Origin: Candidatus Omnitrophota bacterium | GTDB lineage: Bacteria; Omnitrophota; Gorgyraeia; JAGLLT01 | Reading direction: 5' to 3' | DNA length: 64,000 bases | Assembly (NCBI GenBank): GCA_023140385.1 | Contig: JAGLLT010000002.1 | Span: 24,295-88,294 of the forward strand | In this document: piece by piece, positions 1 through 8,436 of the stretch | How the letters are laid out: every line of letters begins with the position of its first letter | How positions within the stretch are numbered: the stretch's first letter is position 1 | Position numbers and translations under genes: made by a program | The notes under the pieces: generated by a model | Seen by the model: the letters and a program-made list of their open reading frames with translations, nothing else | The model's database searches: none | What the model was told of the DNA's origin: nothing

Positions 1-2
1 CT

Positions 3-152
3 ATTATGCACCTGGTTTTATTAAATTTTTTCAGACAGTCACTTTCTATGGTGATAAAGACGCTGGCTGTAAGCGGTGTAATTATATGCGCGGCGTTGTT
101 AATTTTTACTTTTGGGCAAAAGAAGGCGCCGGAGTCAGATGAGAGACGTTAA
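3..152 (+). CDS. Partial (3' end) membrane protein, possibly a Wzx-like oligosaccharide flippase
   Basis: Frame is open from the window edge: IMHLVLLNFFRQSLSMVIKTLAVSGVIICAALLIFTFGQKKAPESDERR*. It has two hydrophobic segments and its stop overlaps the next gene. The flippase call rests only on resemblance of the C-terminal tail and on context. Confidence 0.4.
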   Translation: MMHLVLLNFFRQSLSMVIKTLAVSGVIICAALLIFTFGQKKAPESDERR

Positions 153-882
153 GGATAAAATATCCATCATAATGCCCGCGTATAATGAAGGAGAGCATAT
201 AGTTTCAAGCATCAAGGAGACTATGCGCACCTTTAATGAGTTTGGCTGTGATTACGAAATAATTGTTATAGATGACGGTTCTAAGGACGACACCTATGAG
301 AAGATTAAAGAGCTGGCCGTTGATCATACCAATATCTGTGCCAAAAGAAACAGGGTGAACTTTGGAAAGGGCAGGGCGTTAAAAAAAGCCTTTCGCTATA
401 CGATAGGAGATTATATCGTGTTTCTGGACGCGGACTTAGACTTACATCCGGAGCAGGTTCAGCATTTGTTTAGCGCGATGAGAAAGCATAATTCAGATGT
501 TGTCATCGGGTCAAAGAGGCATCCTGATTCAGAGGTTAATTATCCTTTGAGCAGAAAGATTATGAGTAACGGCTATTATTATCTAATAAAGCTTTTATTT
601 GGCCTGCCGGTAAGAGATACACAGACCGGAATAAAACTTTTTAAGAGAAAAGTGTTAAAGGATACCTTCCCCAGGGTGCTTATAAAAAGATATGCTTTTG
701 ACCTGGAGCTTCTGGTAAATGCTCATCATTTAGGTTACAAGATAGTCGAAGCTCCCATAAAACTGCACTTTCAGAGAAGTTTTGGCAGGATAAAGATGAT
801 AGACGCCTGGCATACATGGCTTGATACACTGGCGGTTTTTTACCGCATGTACATCTTAAAATACTACGATAAGATTAAATGA
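139..882 (+). CDS. GT2 glycosyltransferase, DPM1/polyprenol-phosphate sugar synthase-like
   Basis: IIMPAYNE, IDDGSKD, NFGKG, FLDADL (DxD), RDTQTG and FDLELL motifs. ATG at 139 after GGAG is preferred over the TTG at 112. Confidence 0.9.
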   Translation: MRDVKDKISIIMPAYNEGEHIVSSIKETMRTFNEFGCDYEIIVIDDGSKDDTYEKIKELAVDHTNICAKRNRVNFGKGRALKKAFRYTIGDYIVFLDADLDLHPEQVQHLFSAMRKHNSDVVIGSKRHPDSEVNYPLSRKIMSNGYYYLIKLLFGLPVRDTQTGIKLFKRKVLKDTFPRVLIKRYAFDLELLVNAHHLGYKIVEAPIKLHFQRSFGRIKMIDAWHTWLDTLAVFYRMYILKYYDKIK

Positions 883-2003
883 AAATTCTTATACTGAACT
901 GGAGAGATATAAAAAATCCCAGGGCCGGCGGGGCAGAGGTTTTAACTCATGAAATGGCTAAAGGCTGTGTCCGGGCAGGACACAAAGTTACTTTTTTTGC
1001 CGCTTCATTTAAGGGCGCTAAACCGGAAGAAATCCTTGATGGAGTTAATATTATAAGAGCCGGTAATGCTATTACCGTTTACTGGCAGGCCTTTTTATAT
1101 TACAGGAGGCGCTTTAAAGGCAACGTCGATATAATAATTGATGAAATTAATACAATGCCTTTTTTCTCGAATTTATACGCGAAAGAAAAGGTTGTTTGTC
1201 ATATAAATCAGTTAGCCAGGGAAGTCTGGTTTTACGAATCAGTATTTCCAATTTCATTATTAGGTTATATCTTGGAGCCCTTTTTTCTTAAAAGCTACAG
1301 AAGTAACGATGTAATTACTATTTCCGAAAGCACAAAGAAAGATTTAATAAATTTAGGCTTTAAAGAAGATAAAATTAAAACAATACCTATGGGCATTGAC
1401 TTTAAGCCTTTGGATGCCCTGCCGAAAAAGGAAGAGACGCCAACTTTAATTTATGTAGGCAGATTAAAAAAATCTAAAAGAGTGGATCATATAATTGAGG
1501 CATATAAAAAGGCTAAAAATAAAGCAAAAAACCTTAATCTTTGGATAGTGGGGAATGGTGATTCTTCATATAAAAAGCATTTATATTCACTGGCTAAGGG
1601 TGAAAAAGGCATTAAGTTTTTTCATAATTTGAGCAATGAGGATAAGTTAAAACGGATGGCCCGTGTTCATTTAATTGTGGTAGCGTCTGTTCGGGAAGGC
1701 TGGGGCTTGATAGTGACTGAAGCCAATGCTATGGGTACGCCGGCTGTGGTGTATAATGTTACCGGACTTAGAGATTCTACCAAAGACGGCGTTACAGGTA
1801 TTATTGTCAAAGAAAATAATCCCAACTGTTTAGCGGAATCTATTTTAAGAATTCTTAGCGACGATGAGTTGAGAAATAAGCTTGCCGGTAACGCGCTGAT
1901 GTGGGCAAGGGAATTATCATGGGATAAGTCGGCTAGAGATGTTTTGGGATATATAGAAAAAGTGCTCAAGAAGCATAGAAATAGTTTAGCCAAAAGCAAT
2001 TAA
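879..2003 (+). CDS. GT4 (GT-B) glycosyltransferase
   Basis: N-terminal LNWRDIKNPRAGGAE, YVGRLKKSK, and EGWGLIVTEA (EX7E). ATGA overlap with the upstream gene. Confidence 0.92.
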   Translation: MKILILNWRDIKNPRAGGAEVLTHEMAKGCVRAGHKVTFFAASFKGAKPEEILDGVNIIRAGNAITVYWQAFLYYRRRFKGNVDIIIDEINTMPFFSNLYAKEKVVCHINQLAREVWFYESVFPISLLGYILEPFFLKSYRSNDVITISESTKKDLINLGFKEDKIKTIPMGIDFKPLDALPKKEETPTLIYVGRLKKSKRVDHIIEAYKKAKNKAKNLNLWIVGNGDSSYKKHLYSLAKGEKGIKFFHNLSNEDKLKRMARVHLIVVASVREGWGLIVTEANAMGTPAVVYNVTGLRDSTKDGVTGIIVKENNPNCLAESILRILSDDELRNKLAGNALMWARELSWDKSARDVLGYIEKVLKKHRNSLAKSN

Positions 2004-2025
2004 AAGAAAAATCGGTTTACCATAA

Positions 2026-3033
2026 ATGGGTACAGTTTCTGTTATTATAGCAAATTTCAATGGAAAAAAACATTTAGAGAAGTGCTTAGCTTCTTTAAAA
2101 AAACAGACATATTCCAATTGTGAGATTATTGTAGTAGATAATGGATCAACCGATGATTCTATAAGTTTTATTAAAGATAATTACCCGGATGTAGTAGTAA
2201 TTGAAAATAAAAAAAATCTTGGTTTTGCTGAAGCTAATAATATAGGGTATAAATCGGCTAAAGGTGATTACTTACTTTTTATTAATAATGATACTGAGGG
2301 AGAAAATTGTTTTATAGAAGAGTTAATAAAAACCCTTAAATCGGATAAAAAAATAGGCGTGTCATTCAGCAAATTGTTATTGATGGATGAACCTCAAAAA
2401 TATGATACATTTGGGTCATATTTTACAAAGACGGGTTTTATCTATCATGTAGGTTATCTTGAAGAAGATAAAGGCCAATATGATCACGTAAAAAAAGTTT
2501 TTTCTCCTAAAGGAGTTTCCTTCATGGTTAAAAGGGAGGTTGTCGCGAAAACCGGACTTTTTGATTCTGATTTCTTTTGCTATTTTGAAGAGACTGATTT
2601 TTTTTGGAGAGTCTGGCTGGCCGGGTATGAGATTTTGTTTTCCCCAAAGTCAGTAGTTTATCATAAAGGCAGCGGGACGTCATTAAAGCTTAATTCAGAT
2701 TTAATTGATTACCACTCTTTTAAAAATAGAATTTGCGCTCTTCTTAAAAATTTAGCCTTAGGCAGTATTATTCTAATTTTGCCTATACATATATTATTAT
2801 GTTTACTGATTAGCATGATGTTTCTTATTCTGGGAAAGTTGTCTAATGCCAAGGCTATAATAAAGGCGATTGGCTGGAACATAACTAATTTATCGTTAAC
2901 TTTAGAAAAAAGAAAAAAAGTACAAAAAAACATTAGAAAAATTGCTGATAGAGAATTATTTAAAGTTAATTTAAAAAAAATACCCTTTAATTACATCTGG
3001 AATTTTCTTAAAGCATATCTAAAAAGATGGTGA
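2026..3033 (+). CDS. GT2 glycosyltransferase (rhamnosyltransferase-like subfamily)
   Basis: VVDNGSTD, NLGFAEANN, FINND and FDSDFFCYFEETD motifs; C-terminal hydrophobic segment. Confidence 0.9.
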   Translation: MGTVSVIIANFNGKKHLEKCLASLKKQTYSNCEIIVVDNGSTDDSISFIKDNYPDVVVIENKKNLGFAEANNIGYKSAKGDYLLFINNDTEGENCFIEELIKTLKSDKKIGVSFSKLLLMDEPQKYDTFGSYFTKTGFIYHVGYLEEDKGQYDHVKKVFSPKGVSFMVKREVVAKTGLFDSDFFCYFEETDFFWRVWLAGYEILFSPKSVVYHKGSGTSLKLNSDLIDYHSFKNRICALLKNLALGSIILILPIHILLCLLISMMFLILGKLSNAKAIIKAIGWNITNLSLTLEKRKKVQKNIRKIADRELFKVNLKKIPFNYIWNFLKAYLKRW

Positions 3034-3037
3034 GGAC

Positions 3038-4762
3038 ATGAAAGAAAGTAAAATAAAAATCTCAATTATTATGCCCTTCTCTGTTGAAGGAAAACTGCTT
3101 TTATCTAAGATAAGTGAAATTATTGAAGTACTAAATGCGCTAGCTTATGAATATGAATTTATTGTTGTTACCAAAGAAGAACAGAACTTAAATTTAGGAA
3201 AGAGTGTGTCTGAACGCTTAATAGATTTAGACAAGATAAAAATAGTTAATTATGATCCGAAAATCGGAAAAGTTTTTACATTACTGAGGGGATTTCAATT
3301 TGCCTCGGGAAATTTGATTTTATTTATTGATCCGGCTTTAGATTTAAAACAAGCAGATATAAGAAAACTTATTGAAGGGCTTGATGAACAAGCCGCCGAT
3401 ATAATTGTAGCTTCAAAATTTCACCCGAAATCTAATGTTGTCTATCCAGCAGTTAGGCATTTGTTATCTAAGTTATATTATTGGGTTTTAAGGAAATTCT
3501 TTGATCTGAATATAAGAGATGTTAATACTGATTGTATGTTGTTTAAGAGAAACGCGTTAAAAAATATTGTAGAACGTATAATAACAAAAGAGTACGCTTT
3601 GAACCTCGAAATTTTTGTAGTGGCAAAGCACCTTAATTATAAAGTGAATGATATTCCGATAAAATTGGGAGCGCGCCAAAAATGGCAAATACTGAGATTA
3701 TTTCAGCTATATTATGTGTTGATTGATACACTTGCAATTTATTACCGCCTGCGTATTCTAAAATATTATGATCGTCTTAAGAAAAAACCTTCAAGATTTC
3801 CATTTGTTTCTATTATAATTCCGGTAAGCAGGATGAATGATTATTTAAAAGAGTCTATTAAGAAGTGCCTGCAATTAAATTATCCAAAATACGAAATAAT
3901 TGTTTTGCCTGATGAGAAATTTTCTTTCGATGAGGAACTGAGGGACGAAAAGATTAATATAGTGCCCACAGGTCAGATTACGCCTCCTGAAAAAAGAGAT
4001 ATTGGCATAAAACCGGCAAAGGGCGAAATTATTGCTTTTCTGGATGATGACACCCTGCCGACAAAAGACTGGATAATGAACGCGGTTGGTCACTTTGAGG
4101 ATGAGAGGGTCGCGGCTGTAGGCGGGCCGGCCGTAACTCCCGCGTCAGATAATATTAATCAAATTGCCAGCGGGGCCGTTTATTCTTCATGGTTAGTCGC
4201 GGGCATTAATACTTATAGATATATTCCTTATAAGGTCAGAGAAGTTGAGGATTACCCTACTTGTAATTTATTTGCCAGAAAAGAAGTGCTTGAGCAAATT
4301 AAAGGATTTAATACTAAATTTTGGCCGGGAGAAGATACCATTCTATGTTTAAAGATAAAGCTGCTAAATAAAAAAATTGTATATGATCCCGATGTAAAAG
4401 TTTATCATCATAGAAGAGAGTTGTTTAAGGCTCATTTAAATCAAATAAAAACCTACGCTCTGCATAGAGGGTATTTCGTAAAGAGGTATCCTGAAACTTC
4501 TTTTAAGATAAGCTATTTTATACCGTCCTTATTTGATATAGGACTCATCGCGGGCGGCTTTCTATCATATATTTTTCCATCTGTAAGAGGTTTTTATTTT
4601 GGTACAATAGCCTTTTATTTAAGCCTCTTGCTATTGAACAGCATTCCCGCAATGAAAATTAAATTGATGTACTTGGTTTTTTTTGGTATACTTTCGACGC
4701 ATATTATTTACGGTATTTATTTTATAAAGGGTTTATTCGCGAAAAAGTTAGCAGAGGAGTAA
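3038..4762 (+). CDS. Tandem GT2-GT2 fusion with C-terminal TM helices; N-terminal DPM1-like domain looks degenerate
   Basis: N-domain aligns by eye to 139..882 but lacks DDGS and DxD. C-domain has VSIIIPV, AFLDDD, WPGED and about 3 TMs. Confidence 0.85.
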   Translation: MKESKIKISIIMPFSVEGKLLLSKISEIIEVLNALAYEYEFIVVTKEEQNLNLGKSVSERLIDLDKIKIVNYDPKIGKVFTLLRGFQFASGNLILFIDPALDLKQADIRKLIEGLDEQAADIIVASKFHPKSNVVYPAVRHLLSKLYYWVLRKFFDLNIRDVNTDCMLFKRNALKNIVERIITKEYALNLEIFVVAKHLNYKVNDIPIKLGARQKWQILRLFQLYYVLIDTLAIYYRLRILKYYDRLKKKPSRFPFVSIIIPVSRMNDYLKESIKKCLQLNYPKYEIIVLPDEKFSFDEELRDEKINIVPTGQITPPEKRDIGIKPAKGEIIAFLDDDTLPTKDWIMNAVGHFEDERVAAVGGPAVTPASDNINQIASGAVYSSWLVAGINTYRYIPYKVREVEDYPTCNLFARKEVLEQIKGFNTKFWPGEDTILCLKIKLLNKKIVYDPDVKVYHHRRELFKAHLNQIKTYALHRGYFVKRYPETSFKISYFIPSLFDIGLIAGGFLSYIFPSVRGFYFGTIAFYLSLLLLNSIPAMKIKLMYLVFFGILSTHIIYGIYFIKGLFAKKLAEE

Positions 4763-4773
4763 TCATATAAAAG

Positions 4774-6303
4774 GTGGCCATGACACTGCTATATAACATA
4801 TTTATTACTTTATTTATTGCCGGTATTGGTTTTTTAATACAGATATACCCCAGAATATATAATCGCTATTTTGGAGTTGATACATGGAAACTAATGGAAA
4901 TGGCTGATATTATTAGAAAGCACGGCAAACTCCCCAAGACAATGACCGACAAGTACTTAATTGATGGGCCCTTTGATTATCCGCCGGTGTTTTTATATAT
5001 ACTTTCTTTTTTTAAAAAAGATTTCCTGGAAAAAAATCAATGGTGGATTTCACCTTTTATAAGCGCCTTACACGGTATAATAGTTTTTGTTATTACCTAT
5101 TTTCTGACTCGTAATTTATTAATTGCTTCAATGGCTCAGTTGGTTTATTGTTTAACCCCAATAATTATTATCGAAAGTTCCCAACTTTCTGTTAGGACGT
5201 TTAGCCAGCTGATTTTTTCACTTACTCTTTTTACAATGCTTTTATCTGTCCATTATCAAAAACCATCACTTTTTTTATTAACCCTTTTTATGTCGGTTAT
5301 TTTAATATTATCTCATAAGTTTGCTTTGCAGGCTTTAATTTTCTTGTGCGTTGTTTTGTTCATTTGGAGTTTTAATTTTATATATATTAGCATACCTTTC
5401 TTGGCTGTTTTAATCGCGATTGTGATTTCAAAGGGATATTATTTAACCGTATTAAAGGGACATTTAGCTATATTAAATTTTTGGAGAGAAAATATAGATT
5501 ACAGGTTTGCTCATCAAATACGAGGAGTTAAAAGTAAGCAAAATAAAAACCCGGATTTTATAAATAAAGTTTGTAATTTACTGCAGAAAGTTCCTCTTCT
5601 ATCATTATTTGGTTCAAATCCATTTGTTTTTTTGCTGTTCTTAATGTTTCTTTTAATTGGAAAGACTACCGCTTTAGGTTTTGTTAATGTTTCCTCGACG
5701 GTTTATGATTTTCTTTTTGTGTGGTCCATTGGTCTTGTAGCAGCGGCAGTCTTTGTTAGTTTAATCAAACCCATAAGATTTCTTGGTGAAGCGGAAAGGT
5801 ATTTGGAATATTCAGCAGTTCCCACAGCGATTTTATTAGCTATTCTTTTTAATGGAGGTTTAAAAAGTCAAAATGGCTTAATTTATGGCGCGTTGTTTAT
5901 AGTTTGTGCGGTTGCTCTGGCGTATATACCGACTTTGTTAATTCAAAGGAGCCTGGTTTTAAAAGACGAGGAAAGGAGTATTCGTAAAGACCTATGGGAG
6001 ATGATGGATTATATTAATAACTTAGGTGAAAATGTGCGGATAGCTACTATACCGTTATATTTAATTTCGCCGGTATCATATTTTGTCAATTGTAAGATCC
6101 TTTCAACGGAGAGCGCTTTAGCTCACCCAGAGAAATTGAAAGACTTTTGTCCGATTTTAAGAAAACCGCTGGAGGACATTTTCGATAGCTATCAAATTAA
6201 TTATTTGCTTGTTAATAATCACTACGTATCAATAGAGGAGTTACCGCTGAAAAGAAAAAATATAGCCAAACATATAGGACAGTATTATTTACTTAAAGTA
6301 TAA
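4774..6303 (+). CDS. Multi-TM protein, putative GT-C-fold glycosyltransferase (paralog of 14114..15640)
   Basis: About 11-13 hydrophobic segments; YFGVDTW after TM1, FDYPP, GEAERYLEY; soluble C-terminus ending in YQINYLLV. Confidence 0.6.
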   Translation: MAMTLLYNIFITLFIAGIGFLIQIYPRIYNRYFGVDTWKLMEMADIIRKHGKLPKTMTDKYLIDGPFDYPPVFLYILSFFKKDFLEKNQWWISPFISALHGIIVFVITYFLTRNLLIASMAQLVYCLTPIIIIESSQLSVRTFSQLIFSLTLFTMLLSVHYQKPSLFLLTLFMSVILILSHKFALQALIFLCVVLFIWSFNFIYISIPFLAVLIAIVISKGYYLTVLKGHLAILNFWRENIDYRFAHQIRGVKSKQNKNPDFINKVCNLLQKVPLLSLFGSNPFVFLLFLMFLLIGKTTALGFVNVSSTVYDFLFVWSIGLVAAAVFVSLIKPIRFLGEAERYLEYSAVPTAILLAILFNGGLKSQNGLIYGALFIVCAVALAYIPTLLIQRSLVLKDEERSIRKDLWEMMDYINNLGENVRIATIPLYLISPVSYFVNCKILSTESALAHPEKLKDFCPILRKPLEDIFDSYQINYLLVNNHYVSIEELPLKRKNIAKHIGQYYLLKV

Positions 6304-6337
6304 CTTTATAATTGTACAAATAAGCTAAGGGGAAAAA

Positions 6338-7432
6338 ATGAGAATAGCGTATCCGGATTTATGTTTCGATGAGGTTTTAGATTTAAAGAAAGCCATTAAT
6401 TCAGGCTGGCTGACTAAGGGGCCGTATGTTGAAGAATTTGAAAATATGGCAAAGGATTATATAGGGGTTAAGTACGCGATTGCCGTGAATTCAGGCACGG
6501 CTGCTCTTCATTTAGCACTGATATCTCTAAATATATCAGATGGTGATGAGGTGATAGTGCCTGATTTTACTTTTGTGGCGACAGCCAACGCCGTTGAATA
6601 CACACGGGCAAAACCAGTATTCGCGGATATTGATTTAAAAACCTTTAATATAGATACAGAGGATATAAAGAGAAAAATAACGAATCGAACAAAGGCAATT
6701 ATGCCTGTTCATGGGCTTGGGCAGTCTGCCGATATGGATGAAATTAGAAAAATAGCAAGAGAGCGCAATCTATTTATTATTGAGGACGCTGCCTGCGCGA
6801 TGGGGGCAAAGTATAAAGGAGAATTTTGCGGGACTATGGGTGATTTGGGTTGTTTTAGTTTTCATCCGAGAAAAATAATTACCACCGCTGAGGGCGGCAT
6901 GATCATAACCAACAATGAGAAACATGCAAAAGCAATAGAGAGACTGCGTGATCACGGAAGCATAAAGAAGGACGGCAGAGTTTACTTTTACAATTGCGGT
7001 TACAATTATAGACTAAGTGAACTGCATTCAATCTTAGGAATCGCGCAGATGAAAAAATTAAAGAGTATAATAGCGCGAAGACAAGAAGCGGCAAAAAAAT
7101 TGAATACCTTGCTTTCAGGTATTGATTTTTTGCGGATTCCCGAAACGCGTAAGGATTGTGAACACATATTTCAATCATACGTTGTATTGCTCGACAGTGG
7201 ATCTGATAGAGATAAATTCATGACGTATTTAAAAAGCAAAAACATAGAAACAGTGGGTGGTAATCACGCGCTTCATAGCCAACCTTTTTATAAGAATAAA
7301 TACGGCTATAAGCCCGGCGAGGTTCCTAATTCATTTGAGGCAGGTGAAAGGAGCGCGGCTTTACCTCTTTATCCGCAAATGACCGATGAGGAAATAAATT
7401 TTCTTGCTCAGACGGTAAGAGGCGCTTTATAA
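6338..7432 (+). CDS. DegT/DnrJ/EryC1/StrS family PLP-dependent sugar aminotransferase
   Basis: NSGTAALHLAL, IEDAAC and SFHPRKIITTAEGG (catalytic Lys) motifs. Confidence 0.95.
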   Translation: MRIAYPDLCFDEVLDLKKAINSGWLTKGPYVEEFENMAKDYIGVKYAIAVNSGTAALHLALISLNISDGDEVIVPDFTFVATANAVEYTRAKPVFADIDLKTFNIDTEDIKRKITNRTKAIMPVHGLGQSADMDEIRKIARERNLFIIEDAACAMGAKYKGEFCGTMGDLGCFSFHPRKIITTAEGGMIITNNEKHAKAIERLRDHGSIKKDGRVYFYNCGYNYRLSELHSILGIAQMKKLKSIIARRQEAAKKLNTLLSGIDFLRIPETRKDCEHIFQSYVVLLDSGSDRDKFMTYLKSKNIETVGGNHALHSQPFYKNKYGYKPGEVPNSFEAGERSAALPLYPQMTDEEINFLAQTVRGAL

Positions 7433-7446
7433 AGTGAAATAATGAA

Positions 7447-8430
7447 ATGGATAAGATAAGCTGTAATCTTTGTAATTCAAATAGATATACAAAAGTATAC
7501 GACATTAAGAACAGTGATACTAAAGAAACCTTTAATTTGGTAAAATGCTCTGATTGTCGATTAATTTATATTAATCCCCAGCCCTCACATGAGGAGTTAA
7601 GCAAATACTATTTTAGAGATGAATATTATTCATATGGAGAGGTCCTAAAAGAAGACCAAGGCCGGCTTAATTTCATTGAGAAAATTAAAAGAGTATTCAG
7701 AAAGCGGATATTTTTGACCTATGGAGTAAATAATCGTAGTGTTTTTCAAAAATTTAAGCAAATTCTTTTTTACCCTTTTAAAAGAAGATTCGGTGGAATT
7801 CCGGCATTTTTAAAAAATGGGAAAATATTGGATATTGGCTGTGGAGACGGCTTGTTTATAAGCCAGCTTAAAAGTATAGGTTGGCATGTTTGTGGTATAG
7901 AAATTGATCAAGAAGCCGTCAAAAGGGCGCAGAATCATGGTTTTGAGGTTTATCGCGGTAGATTTGAAGATTTTGATTTTAAGGATGAACGCTATGATGT
8001 CGCACGTTTATGGCATGTCTTGGAACATTTTAAAGACCCTTATTTTAATCTAAAAAAAATATATGGAATTTTAAAACCGGGGGGACGGGTAATATTAGGC
8101 GTACCCAATATGAATTCTTTATATAGCAAAATCTTTAAGCAAAATTGGACCGGACTCGATGTGCCGCGGCACTTATACCATTTTTCTCCACAAACAATAA
8201 AAGAAATATTAAAGCAAAGTGGTTTTTCAGAGATAAAGATATCGTATAATTCTGTGGGTACCGGTTTAGCCAGTTTGGTTTATGTGATGAATAGGAAAAT
8301 CAAAAATGAGGCGCTTGTAAATTTAGTTTTTAATAATGTTGTTTTTAGATTTGTTTCTATTTTTGTTGATGCTTTGCTTGACATGTTTAGAGTTGGTGGA
8401 TGTTTAGAAGTTAGAGCTATGAAAGAGTAA
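7447..8430 (+). CDS. Class I SAM methyltransferase with N-terminal Zn-ribbon
   Basis: CNLC...CSDC; ILDIGCGDG; WHVLEH; DVPRHLYHFS. Confidence 0.88.
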   Translation: MDKISCNLCNSNRYTKVYDIKNSDTKETFNLVKCSDCRLIYINPQPSHEELSKYYFRDEYYSYGEVLKEDQGRLNFIEKIKRVFRKRIFLTYGVNNRSVFQKFKQILFYPFKRRFGGIPAFLKNGKILDIGCGDGLFISQLKSIGWHVCGIEIDQEAVKRAQNHGFEVYRGRFEDFDFKDERYDVARLWHVLEHFKDPYFNLKKIYGILKPGGRVILGVPNMNSLYSKIFKQNWTGLDVPRHLYHFSPQTIKEILKQSGFSEIKISYNSVGTGLASLVYVMNRKIKNEALVNLVFNNVVFRFVSIFVDALLDMFRVGGCLEVRAMKE

Positions 8431-8436
8431 AATTAT

